From the NCBI GenBank assembly GCA_965662235.1, contig CBFIGY010000006.1, positions 45,021 to 109,020 on the forward strand: a stretch of DNA of 64,000 bases, written 5' to 3'. The translations under genes and the position numbers were made by a program. A model generated the notes under the pieces. It ran no database searches and was not told where the DNA came from. It worked only from the letters and a program-made list of their open reading frames with translations. Positions 10,023 through 18,842 of this stretch are shown here, one piece after another; position 1 is the stretch's first letter, and every line of letters begins with the position of its first letter. Source of the stretch: an uncultured bacterium. GTDB taxonomy: Bacteria; SAR324; NAC60-12.

Positions 10023-10234
10023 TCAGGCTCTGGTTCCACCTGACGGGCCTTCCGGACCAGCCAGTAGACAAATCCCCCGATCAAGAAGATGGGGATGAAC
10101 ATCATGAGCGCGGTTGCCAAGTAGTACGCGTTCAGCGATCCCCCACTCCCCGAAAAACAGACCGCACAGGCCCAAGCAGAGTTAGGAGCCGCCAGCGTGA
10201 TGGCCGCCAGCAGGAAGAAGAGGGCTTTGGTCAT
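10013..10234 (-). CDS. Small membrane protein with CxxC after a signal-like segment; last gene of the cox operon
   Basis: AWA-CAVCF followed by one TM helix; ATGA overlap with the upstream subunit III-like gene. Confidence 0.7.
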   Translation of the reverse strand: MTKALFFLLAAITLAAPNSAWACAVCFSGSGGSLNAYYLATALMMFIPIFLIGGFVYWLVRKARQVEPEPDQA

Positions 10235-10851
10235 GCGAGGTACACCAGAACGTAAAGGACCGGCCAGATTCCCACCACGAAGTACCAGAACACTTCCATG
10301 GCCCGGAACCCTTCATCGGTCAGTGGTTTTGAGGCATTGGGCGCCAACCGGATCCACGTGTAGACCATTGCCATGACTGCGGTCAGGACGTGCAGGCCGT
10401 GCATCCCAATGATGAGGTAGAACATCCCCCCGTAGTTGCTGGAGGTGACGGTCAGACCGTACGCCAGCAGCTGAGCCCACTCGAATCCTTGAAAGAGCAG
10501 GAAAAACACGCCGGCTCCAATGCTCATGCCCATCAGGCGGTAAACCTGCTTCCGGTCGGACTTCAGGTGCCGTCCGGCCAGAAACATCAGCACCCCACTT
10601 CCCAGCAGAACCAGAGAGTTGAAGGCCGTGCTCCAGATGGGCAGACGAGGCTGTCCCCACGGAGGCCACTCCGGGATCCCAGAACGGATGATGATGTAGG
10701 CGCTGATCAGCGAGGCAAAGAGCATCAGCTCCGTCACAATGAAGGCGAGGACCGCAAAGACGGAGCTGGGAACTAGGGGAGCGGGTCGAGCAGGGGCCGT
10801 CCCTTCAGAGGACGGCTCCACCACGAGCCCAACGAGTAAGGGGAAAGTCAT
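10231..10851 (-). CDS. Heme-copper oxidase subunit III family protein (second paralog)
   Basis: TELMLFASL, FQGFEW, GMHGLHV, FWYFVVGIW motifs. Confidence 0.88.
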   Translation of the reverse strand: MTFPLLVGLVVEPSSEGTAPARPAPLVPSSVFAVLAFIVTELMLFASLISAYIIIRSGIPEWPPWGQPRLPIWSTAFNSLVLLGSGVLMFLAGRHLKSDRKQVYRLMGMSIGAGVFFLLFQGFEWAQLLAYGLTVTSSNYGGMFYLIIGMHGLHVLTAVMAMVYTWIRLAPNASKPLTDEGFRAMEVFWYFVVGIWPVLYVLVYLA

Positions 10852-11264
10852 TGGCCGCTATGAGTCTGTGCATCGTGAGCAGCAGACACTTCAGCGTACG
10901 TGTGAGGTGTAACAATGATTCGCTGCTCAACCGTGCAGGTTTTATTGGCAACGCAGTCTTCCCAGTTCTGCCCGGTGGTCTTGATGACATCCGAGGCAAC
11001 CCCAAAGAAAAACACTGCACCAATAACGATTAGGGACGCGAGCAGCAGGAACCAGACAATTTTCTTTTCAAAACGTAAATGCATGAAATCGGCGCAAACC
11101 ATGTAGGCTTTGACCACCGCAATTCCGAATGCTGTGATGACAATGATCCAGTTCGCATCCAGCGCATGACCGATCTCCGGACCAATCAGGCTGACGATGA
11201 GCAGGCCGAGCAGAATCGCCCAAATTTTAACGTAATTAGGATGTGCGTGTGCAGACTCTGACAT
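10848..11264 (-). CDS. ctaF: Cytochrome c oxidase subunit IV family protein
   Basis: YVKIWAILL and VKAYMVCADFMHLRFE motifs; position in the cox operon. Confidence 0.85.
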   Translation of the reverse strand: MSESAHAHPNYVKIWAILLGLLIVSLIGPEIGHALDANWIIVITAFGIAVVKAYMVCADFMHLRFEKKIVWFLLLASLIVIGAVFFFGVASDVIKTTGQNWEDCVANKTCTVEQRIIVTPHTYAEVSAAHDAQTHSGQ

Positions 11265-11272
11265 AGGGCTCC

Positions 11273-11854
11273 TCAGAAGTTGGCGATGTAGAGCATGGGG
11301 AAGAGGAAGATCCAGACGATGTCAACAAAGTGCCAGTACAGCCCAACGAGTTCGACGCGCTGCAGGTGGAACCCCTTGCGGACATCAAGAGAGACGAGTC
11401 CCATGATGATCATGCCTCCCAGGACGTGCACCGCGTGCAGGCCTGTCATGGTGAAGTAGAACGACCAGAAGATGTTGGTCGTGAAGCCGACCCCGTGGGA
11501 GATCTTGCTGTAGTACTCAAAGGCCTTCACGCACATGAAGATCAAGCCACCTGCAATGGTGATCCAGGTGAACTTGAAGGCCTTTTGGCCATCGCCATGC
11601 TCAGCTGCGTCGTGCGCCAACACAATGGTCAGGCTCGATGTCAACAGGACAAAGGTATTCAAGGCCCCTGCCCAGGTGACGGTCAGCGTGGCATCTTCCA
11701 TCCCGGGAGCGCCATTGAACTTGTAAAGCAGGAAGACAGCAATCAAGCCGCCGAAGATAAACACCTCAGAGGCCAGCAACCACCATAGTGCCAAACGGGC
11801 AGATGGAATGCCGGTGGCACAACGGCCAGTGGCAATGGGTCCTTGCATTGACAT
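11273..11854 (-). CDS. ctaE: Cytochrome c oxidase subunit III (short form)
   Basis: LASEVFIFGGL, NTFVLLTSS, TGLHAVHV, LYWHFVDIVWIFLFP motifs. Confidence 0.93.
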   Translation of the reverse strand: MSMQGPIATGRCATGIPSARLALWWLLASEVFIFGGLIAVFLLYKFNGAPGMEDATLTVTWAGALNTFVLLTSSLTIVLAHDAAEHGDGQKAFKFTWITIAGGLIFMCVKAFEYYSKISHGVGFTTNIFWSFYFTMTGLHAVHVLGGMIIMGLVSLDVRKGFHLQRVELVGLYWHFVDIVWIFLFPMLYIANF

Positions 11855-11923
11855 GAAACGACTCTCTTAAGAAAAATTAAGCGGGACTGGGCAAGGTCCC
11901 CGGACGAGCCGGGGACGCATGGC

Positions 11924-13642
11924 TCAGTTGCGATCTGGCATGTGCTGGGGCCAGAAGTCCTCCCGGTTCCCCGGGACGCTGTACTCGTACGGTCCGCGGT
12001 ACACCACCGGCAGCTCCTTGAAGTTGCCGTGCGGAGGAGGAGACGGTGCCGCCCACTCCAGCGTGTTCGCCTTCCAGGGATTGGCCTCGGCCTTTTCGCC
12101 ATTGAACATGCTGGCGAAGAAGTTCCAGACAAACGGAATCTGGAAGAGCAGCAGCAGGACCAAGCTGGTGGTCGCGAAGATCCGGATGCCCTGCAGGTCT
12201 GCCGATGCGAGGTCGGGGAAGTGCTGGTAGTTGTAGATCCGGCGGTGCTGTCCTGCCATTCCGAGGAGGAAGAGCGGCATGAAGAGCCCGTTGAAGCAGA
12301 TCACCGTTCCCCAGAAGTGGATCAGGCCCAGCGTCTTGTTCATGTGGCGTCCGAACATCTTCGGGTACCAGAAGTAGAGCGCCGCAAACATGGCGATGAT
12401 CGCAATGGGGAAGAAGGTGTAGTGGAAGTGCGCAATCACGAAGTAGGTATCGTGGAAGAACAGGTCCGTTCCACTGGAACCCAACGGAATGCCTGTCACC
12501 CCTCCAACCAGGAAGGTCACCAAGAAGGCTAGAGCCCAGAGCATCGGTAGCTCAAAGCGGATGGATCCGCCGTAAAGCGTGGCGATGTAACAGAACAGCA
12601 TCTCTGCAATGGGCACCGAAATGAGAACGGTGGTCACGGTAAAGATGTTTGCCATCCGGGGATCAATGCCGGCAATGAACTGGTGGTGCGCCCACACGAT
12701 GAAGGAGAGGGCTCCTGTTGCAATGATCGTGTAGAGGATCGCCCGGTAGCCAAAGAGCTTCTTGCGGGCAAAAGTTGTGATGATCTCAGCAACCACTCCC
12801 ATCGCAGGGAAGAGGACAACGTAGACCTCAGGGTGTCCGAAGAACCAGAAGAGGTGCTGCCAAAGGACAGGGTCTCCGCCGGCTGACGGCAGGAAGAAAG
12901 TGGTTCCAAGTCGCTGGTCCATGAACAGCATCACGGCGCCGGCCACCAAGGGTCCGACGGAACCCATGAACATGATCACGGCGATGTTGATCGTCCAGAC
13001 GAGAATCGGAACGTCCGTCATCTTCATGCCCGGAGCCCGGGAGTTCATGGTTGTGGTCAGGAAGTTCACGCCACCGATGAGGAAGGCGACAATTTCCAGG
13101 GTTACGGCAAGCAACCAGAGAGAAGACCCCCAGTTTGTGAGACTGTACTCGGCAACCGAAGAAAGCGGTGGGTAAGACGTCCACGCGCCTCCGAAGCCGC
13201 CGCCTTCCACAAAGTAGGAGAGCAGCAGGACGAGGATGCTGACGAAGAACACCTGCACCGACAGGCGGTTCAGGCGTGGGAAAGCCATGTCGTCACAGCC
13301 GATCATCAACGGGATCAGGTAGTTCCCGAAGGCGGCAATCAACACGGGCATGGCCACCCAGAAGATCATGATGGTCCCGTGGTTGGTGATCATCATGTTG
13401 TATTCAGCAGGGCTGACCACTCCGAAGCCAGGGACGGCTTCTCCTGGGAAGGCCAGCTGCATCCGGAAGGCATACGCAAAGAAGCCTCCCAGCGCCGCCA
13501 TCAGCAGCCCTAGGAACATGTACTGCAGGCCGATCACTTTGTGATCCACCGAGAAGATGTACTTGCTCAGGAAGCTCTGATCATGATGATGATCATCATG
13601 AGCGTGGGCCTCCTGATGCTGTACCGTTGCGGTTTGACTCAT
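11924..13642 (-). CDS. ctaD: Cytochrome c oxidase subunit I (A-family, GHPEVY type)
   Basis: DHKVIG, NHGTIM, DMAFPRLN, FWFFGHPEVY, WAHH, AHFHY and RR motifs; AAGGAGG RBS. Confidence 0.96.
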   Translation of the reverse strand: MSQTATVQHQEAHAHDDHHHDQSFLSKYIFSVDHKVIGLQYMFLGLLMAALGGFFAYAFRMQLAFPGEAVPGFGVVSPAEYNMMITNHGTIMIFWVAMPVLIAAFGNYLIPLMIGCDDMAFPRLNRLSVQVFFVSILVLLLSYFVEGGGFGGAWTSYPPLSSVAEYSLTNWGSSLWLLAVTLEIVAFLIGGVNFLTTTMNSRAPGMKMTDVPILVWTINIAVIMFMGSVGPLVAGAVMLFMDQRLGTTFFLPSAGGDPVLWQHLFWFFGHPEVYVVLFPAMGVVAEIITTFARKKLFGYRAILYTIIATGALSFIVWAHHQFIAGIDPRMANIFTVTTVLISVPIAEMLFCYIATLYGGSIRFELPMLWALAFLVTFLVGGVTGIPLGSSGTDLFFHDTYFVIAHFHYTFFPIAIIAMFAALYFWYPKMFGRHMNKTLGLIHFWGTVICFNGLFMPLFLLGMAGQHRRIYNYQHFPDLASADLQGIRIFATTSLVLLLLFQIPFVWNFFASMFNGEKAEANPWKANTLEWAAPSPPPHGNFKELPVVYRGPYEYSVPGNREDFWPQHMPDRN

Positions 13643-13680
13643 CAATCCTCCTTGTTGGATCTCAGATGAAGGGAAAGGGG

Positions 13681-14469
13681 TTAGTTACTGCTGACCAGAT
13701 TTTCCTCACCCGCATTCACGGTGTTCTGGCTCACTTGGGGACGCTTGGCGGCAATCGGAATCGGATCGTTCTCAAGCCGCTTCAGGTAATCGCTCTCGTA
13801 GGTGCCATTCTTGATGGCTTCCATGGTTTGCTGGTAGCTTTCCGGCGTGTGAACGGTGATGGATCCCCCCATGATTCCGTGACCGTGGCCACACATTTCA
13901 GCACACTGCACGTCGTACGTGCCCACTTGGGTCGGCTCAAACCAACCGGTGATGGTTCGGCCTGGGATCATGTCCTGCTTCAACCGGAAGGCCGGCACAG
14001 AGAAGTTGTGCAGCACGTCCCGAGACTGAAGTTCAAAGTGGTACACCTTGTTCACTTCCACATGCAGGTCGTTCACGGTTGCAATGTCGTCTTCCGTGTC
14101 CAACTGGCCATCTGGACCGGAGTGAATGAAGGCCCAGGACCACTGCTGCCCAATCACCCGAATGGTGTCATCTTTCGGGGGCAGGGTCTGCTTCACGTTC
14201 ACCCACACCATGATGGACCCGGCAATCAGCACCACGTCACACAGAATGATCGCGTAGTGCGGATAATGGATCCACTTGTTCTCCTTGTGCTTCTCTCCCG
14301 TCACGTACATGGCCTTCACGCCTTCACGGTGCCGGAAGCGGATCATGAAGTACGCCAGCGTTGCTAGGGTCAGGACAAACCAGAAGCCCACCACAACCAC
14401 AATCAAGAAGAAAACGCTGTCAACGTCTCCACTGAAGGTGGACGCTTGAGGCATGAAGTAATCAAGCAT
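13681..14469 (-). CDS. ctaC: Cytochrome c oxidase subunit II (CuA)
   Basis: Two TM helices, GQQWSW, DVLHNF and CAEMCGHGHGIM CuA motif. Confidence 0.95.
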   Translation of the reverse strand: MLDYFMPQASTFSGDVDSVFFLIVVVVGFWFVLTLATLAYFMIRFRHREGVKAMYVTGEKHKENKWIHYPHYAIILCDVVLIAGSIMVWVNVKQTLPPKDDTIRVIGQQWSWAFIHSGPDGQLDTEDDIATVNDLHVEVNKVYHFELQSRDVLHNFSVPAFRLKQDMIPGRTITGWFEPTQVGTYDVQCAEMCGHGHGIMGGSITVHTPESYQQTMEAIKNGTYESDYLKRLENDPIPIAAKRPQVSQNTVNAGEENLVSSN

Positions 14470-14508
14470 GGAACTACCTTTTCGAGGTTAGGAACTCCGG
14501 TCGGAGGG

Positions 14509-14640
14509 TTAGAGGACAAAAATGATGACCGACATCATGAACAGAACGCAGCCGGCAACAGTGACAACAAAGACCTTGGAAACCAACTCATCGGCCTCCT
14601 GAGGCAGGGTATGATGAAAGGACTCTTTTTCGTGGGACAT
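14509..14640 (-). CDS. 43-aa single-TM protein in the cox operon (not in ORF track)
   Basis: MSHEKESFHHTLPQEADELVSKVFVVTVAGCVLFMMSVIIFVL*, preceded by GGAGAG; fills the ctaB-ctaC gap. Confidence 0.7.
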   Translation of the reverse strand: MSHEKESFHHTLPQEADELVSKVFVVTVAGCVLFMMSVIIFVL

Positions 14641-14654
14641 GGAGGCTCTCCGGG

Positions 14655-15560
14655 TTAGATCAGGAAATTGTCAACGACCAGGGCGATCGCAATCAGAGGT
14701 AGGTAAATGATGGAAATCAAAAACACCGATCGGGCCTTTGCCACAGTCGGCTGATGCCAGAACCAGAGGGAGCCTGCGAGGAAGACACTTCCCAGCACCA
14801 CTGCGCTCACCAGGTAAAACGTCTCTGCTTGCCCTGCCAGATTGAAGGTCAGACTGGCGGCCAGCAGGATGACGGTGTTGATCACAATGTGACGCGCCGT
14901 CCGGACTCCCTGGTCGTCTCCCAGAGAGAGCATCCGGAACCCGCCCATTGCGTAGTCCTTGCGGAAGGCCCAAGCCAGCGCCAGGAAGTGCGGAAGTTGC
15001 CAGAAGTACATCAGCAGGAAGATGGGGAGCATCTGCCAGTTCATCTCCCCCTCTGCGGCCGCCCAGCCCATCAGGGGGGGGAGCGCTCCGGTCACGGCAC
15101 CCATCCAGGTATTGAGGGCGGTCACCTGCTTGAGGGGCGTGTACAGCAACACATAGGAAGCAAGAGTCAGTCCGCCCAGGATCGCGGTGAGCGAGTTCAC
15201 GGTCAGACTCAGGTAAAGCAATCCCACCAGCATCAGTCCCACCCCAAAGCGCAGTGCCTCTTCAGAGCTCAGGCGTCCGGCTGGAAGAGGACGGTTTCGG
15301 GTCCGGGGCATCCGTCCATCCGGAATGCGCTCGTACCACTGGTTCAGGGCATGGGCCGCTGCGCCAACCAACGCAGTCCCAATCAACATGTGCAGCAGGG
15401 CCAGAGGCGCACCACTCTGAGGCGCCAGGCTGAAGCCCAGGGCAGCGCTGAGCAGCACCATCGCCAGCAGGCGAGGCTTGGTCAACGACCAGTAGTCAGC
15501 GAGTTTGTTCGTTTGCGGTGCAACGCCTTCTAGCGAGTAAGCTTTGGTCGGGGTGGGCAC
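14655..15560 (-). CDS. ctaB: Protoheme IX farnesyltransferase (heme O synthase)
   Basis: LTKPRL, DGRMPRTRNRPLPAG, YTPLK, WQLPHF motifs. Confidence 0.95.
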   Translation of the reverse strand: MPTPTKAYSLEGVAPQTNKLADYWSLTKPRLLAMVLLSAALGFSLAPQSGAPLALLHMLIGTALVGAAAHALNQWYERIPDGRMPRTRNRPLPAGRLSSEEALRFGVGLMLVGLLYLSLTVNSLTAILGGLTLASYVLLYTPLKQVTALNTWMGAVTGALPPLMGWAAAEGEMNWQMLPIFLLMYFWQLPHFLALAWAFRKDYAMGGFRMLSLGDDQGVRTARHIVINTVILLAASLTFNLAGQAETFYLVSAVVLGSVFLAGSLWFWHQPTVAKARSVFLISIIYLPLIAIALVVDNFLI

Positions 15561-15605
15561 GGAGACGGCTCGTTGGGTTTTAAATCCTCTTGGAAAAAAG
15601 AGGTG

Positions 15606-15648
15606 ATAAACAGCGCAAAAGCTAGCATAAACAGCTCCCTTACTGCAA
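15606..15648 (-). promoter_or_regulatory. Putative promoter of the ctaB-cox operon with flanking direct repeat
   Basis: TTGCAG-N18-TAGCTT with an extended -10 TG; GCTGTTTAT repeated at a 21-bp period. Confidence 0.4.
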
Positions 15649-15756
15649 GGGAAAAACTCACCCGCCCCCGGCCCTGACCTCTCCTCTGCGCCCGGCCTCC
15701 GCTTGCCCGCTTTCGTGATTTACGCCTTTCCCTGAAACGTCCTTACGAATCTCATC

Positions 15757-15785
15757 TTGAAATATACCCTATGGGGGTATAGAGT
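15757..15785 (+). promoter_or_regulatory. copA promoter with CsoR-type operator
   Basis: TTGAAA-N17-TAGAGT. The spacer holds TATACCC-TATGG-GGGTATA (15763-15781), matching the TACC...GGGGGTA operators of CsoR copper repressors. Confidence 0.8.
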
Positions 15786-15827
15786 GAAGGCCTGTTGACC
15801 ATTACCGCAACAGGCCGTAAACCCATC

Positions 15828-18086
15828 ATGTTACTAACTGAAACTCCTCTTCCCTCCGCTGAAGAGGCTGAAGCTGACCAGGCCTGTGAACTCCGGGTTG
15901 GGGGCCTCCGTTGTGTGGGCTGTGTCAGTGCCGTTGAGAAGGCGCTTCAGGCGCTTCCTGGCGTGGAAGACGTTCAGGTGAACCTTACCCTAGGACGAGC
16001 CAAGGTCCATTACGCTCCCGAGTCGGTCGGCCCCAACGGTCTGGTGGACGCCATCCGGAACGCGGGCTACGAAGCGGAACGCCTCACCGACGAGGCTCCG
16101 GAGGAAGACCCCGTCGACCTGGGTGAGCAGGAATACCACGCGCTCCGGAACAACACGCTCCTGGCCCTGAGCTTTGCGGTACCAGTGGTGCTGCTGGCAA
16201 TGCTCCCGATGGTCGGGGTCTCGTTTCCGGAGATGCTGTCTCCACAAGCCAATCCACAAACGTGGGGGGGACTGCAGCTGCTGCTGACGCTTCCGGTGCT
16301 GTGGGCCGGACGCTCCTTCTTCACCCGTGGGTGGCAATCGCTGCGTCACCGGGCACCGACCATGGACGCTCTGGTCATGATCGGTTCAGGAGCTGCGGTT
16401 GCCCTCAGCACCTGGAACCTTTTGGTGGCTCCTGCAGAAGACCGCTTTTTTTATGAAACGGCTGCAGTGATCCTGGCGCTGATCCTGTTGGGCAAGATGC
16501 TGGAAACCCGAAGCCGCGCCCGTGCCTCTGAAGCAATCAGCGCACTGCTGCGCCTTCGTCCCAAGATGGCCACCCAGGTCCACAACGGGGAAGAATTCGC
16601 CATTGCCATCGACCAAGTGCACCCCGGAGATCTACTCAAGGTCCGGCCGGGCGAAATCATTCCGGCAGATGGGGTTGTGGTGGAAGGCGAGAGCCGTGTG
16701 GATGAGTCAATGCTCACCGGAGAGCCACTTCCAGTGCTGAAAGCTCCAGACAGTCCAGTCACCGGAGGCACCATCAACGAGCAGGGAGCCTTGACCTTTC
16801 GGGTCCTGCGTTCTGGAAGCCAAAGCACCCTGGCCCGGATCATCAAGATGGTGGAACAGGCGCAGCTCAGCAAGGCTCCCATTGCGCGATTGGCCGACCA
16901 GGTCGCTGCTATTTTTGTTCCGGTGGTCCTGGTGATTGCTGCGCTGACGGCGCTTGTCTGGTGGAGCGTGGGCGCCTCGCAGGCAGAAATTCTCATCCAC
17001 ACCATTGCGGTGCTGGTCATTGCCTGTCCCTGTGCCCTAGGTCTGGCCACGCCCATCGCCATCCTGGTTTCTTCTGGCGTGGGCGCTCGTCATGGGATCC
17101 TCTTCCGGAATGCGCCGGCGCTGGAAGCCCTACACGCAGTGGACACCATTCTCTGTGACAAAACCGGCACCCTGACCGAAGGACGCCTGCAGCTGGTGGA
17201 AGCCACCCCAACACCCGGATTGCGAGGCGTGGAGCTGCTCAGGTGGGCGGCGGCTGTTGAGCAAAATTCGGAACACCCGTTGGGACGAGCCATTGTCAAT
17301 GCTGCAAAGGGCCGGGGCCTTCCTTTGCCCCCGGTCACTGGATTTGAGGCTATCCGGGGGCACGGGGTCACCGCTCAGTTGGAGGGGGTGACGATCCAGA
17401 TCGGGCATGCGGACTTCCTCCGGACCCTTGGCATCACCCCTCCGCCTCAGAGCCAGAATAAAATCGTTCCAGGGGCCATTCCGCTGGAGCTGGCCCGAGA
17501 CGGTCAGTGGCAGGGAACGCTGTGGCTGGCGGATAAGATCCGTCCGGAAACGGCAGACGCGCTCGCGTCCTTCCGGGACGCCGGCATTGAAGTCGTGATG
17601 CTGACCGGAGACCGCTCTCCTGCCGTCCAAGCCGTTGCGGCTGAGCTTGGTCTGGATCACTACCACGCCGGGGTTCTGCCGGAGGAGAAGCCTCAGATTG
17701 CCCAGAAGTACCAAAGCAAAGGACGCCACGTGGCGATGATTGGCGATGGTGTCAACGACGCACCGGCGCTGGCTCAAGCCGATGTCGGAATCGCAATGGG
17801 GGCCGGCACCGATGTCGCCTTGGAAACCGCAGATGTGGTCCTCACCCAAAACGACCTTCGGCACGTTTCTGGAGCGATCCGGCTGAGCCGCACGACCCTC
17901 CGGAACATTCGGCAGAACCTGTTTTGGGCATTTGCCTACAACGTGGTTGGCATTCCGGTGGCTGCCGGCCTGCTCATTCCTTTTGGGGGGCCGGGACTGC
18001 ACCCGATGTTTGCGGCCACCGCCATGGCGTTGAGCTCGGTCTCTGTCGTCCTCAACGCCCTTCGTCTCCGGACCTTCCGGCTGTAG
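15828..18086 (+). CDS. copA: Copper-translocating P1B-type ATPase
   Basis: HMA motif GLRCVGC, TGEP, ACPCALGLATP, DKTGT, SEHP, GDGVNDAP, YNVVGIP, MALSS; CsoR-like operator upstream. Confidence 0.93.
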   Translation: MLLTETPLPSAEEAEADQACELRVGGLRCVGCVSAVEKALQALPGVEDVQVNLTLGRAKVHYAPESVGPNGLVDAIRNAGYEAERLTDEAPEEDPVDLGEQEYHALRNNTLLALSFAVPVVLLAMLPMVGVSFPEMLSPQANPQTWGGLQLLLTLPVLWAGRSFFTRGWQSLRHRAPTMDALVMIGSGAAVALSTWNLLVAPAEDRFFYETAAVILALILLGKMLETRSRARASEAISALLRLRPKMATQVHNGEEFAIAIDQVHPGDLLKVRPGEIIPADGVVVEGESRVDESMLTGEPLPVLKAPDSPVTGGTINEQGALTFRVLRSGSQSTLARIIKMVEQAQLSKAPIARLADQVAAIFVPVVLVIAALTALVWWSVGASQAEILIHTIAVLVIACPCALGLATPIAILVSSGVGARHGILFRNAPALEALHAVDTILCDKTGTLTEGRLQLVEATPTPGLRGVELLRWAAAVEQNSEHPLGRAIVNAAKGRGLPLPPVTGFEAIRGHGVTAQLEGVTIQIGHADFLRTLGITPPPQSQNKIVPGAIPLELARDGQWQGTLWLADKIRPETADALASFRDAGIEVVMLTGDRSPAVQAVAAELGLDHYHAGVLPEEKPQIAQKYQSKGRHVAMIGDGVNDAPALAQADVGIAMGAGTDVALETADVVLTQNDLRHVSGAIRLSRTTLRNIRQNLFWAFAYNVVGIPVAAGLLIPFGGPGLHPMFAATAMALSSVSVVLNALRLRTFRL

Positions 18087-18104
18087 GCCTTTTCGTCTCC
18101 CTGC

Positions 18105-18146
18105 CTCCGGAGGCCGATCGGTGCTTCCGGAGCCCCCCCTTTTTTT
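18105..18146 (+). terminator. Putative intrinsic terminator after copA
   Basis: CTCCGGAG...TTCCGGAG stem followed by C7T7; the U-tract is offset from the stem. Confidence 0.4.
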
Positions 18147-18299
18147 CAAGTTTCCGCTTTCGGCTTGGTTCCCTCCGCCTCTGCCTCAGAGTCGGTTCCT
18201 GTTGTTCCCGGGTTGCGATTTTTTCCATGGAGTCCAATACTGGGAACTTCGTCAATTGGACAACCTCATTTTTAACCAAGCCGATGAGAGTGATTTTTT

Positions 18300-18842
18300 A
18301 TGGAGTACGTTCCCGGAGAACAATGGTACGTCGCCCGAATTCGGTCCAATGCGGAAAAGCTCGTGCTGCTGGGGTTGCAGCGGAAGCAGTTTGAGGTCCT
18401 CAATCCCACCTATCAGGTCCTGAGCAAGCGCCGGGATCGCAAGAAGATCCTGCTCCGCCCCATTTTTGTGGGGTACCTGTTCCTGCATGTAGAGCTGAAT
18501 CCGGAACGGCACCTAGAGATCCTGAAAACCCAGGGCCTCATTGACCTGTTGCAGACCAGTCATGGCCCAACTCCGGTGCCGCCGGAGCAGATCGAAAACG
18601 TCCGTCTGCTGGAGCATCATGTGGGAGAACTCTTCCACACGCCTGCTTTTGAGGTCGGCGAAGAGGTCGTCGTCATCGAAGGGCCGCTCACCGGGCTACG
18701 CGGGATTGTCGACGAAGCAGACCGCCGCTTCCTGAGCATTCAGGTGGATTCGATTCCCGGGGCCATCAAGATCCAGGTCGACCCAGCTCACGTTAAGCCG
18801 GTCAAACGGACCATCTATGAAACCGTTGCTGAGCGCTCATGA
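18300..18842 (+). CDS. NusG paralog (RfaH/UpxY/LoaP-like antiterminator)
   Basis: NGN domain (WYVARIRSNAEK...RPIFVGYLF) and KOW motif (GEEVVVIEGPLTGLRG); not in secE-nusG-rplK context. Confidence 0.88.
   Translation: MEYVPGEQWYVARIRSNAEKLVLLGLQRKQFEVLNPTYQVLSKRRDRKKILLRPIFVGYLFLHVELNPERHLEILKTQGLIDLLQTSHGPTPVPPEQIENVRLLEHHVGELFHTPAFEVGEEVVVIEGPLTGLRGIVDEADRRFLSIQVDSIPGAIKIQVDPAHVKPVKRTIYETVAERS

Noticed and set aside
11896..11916. GTCCCCGG-ACGAG-CCGGGGAC hairpin between coxI and coxIII
   Set aside because: No adjacent U-tract and single copy; likely an ordinary mRNA-stabilising stem, so not called as a terminator or REP.
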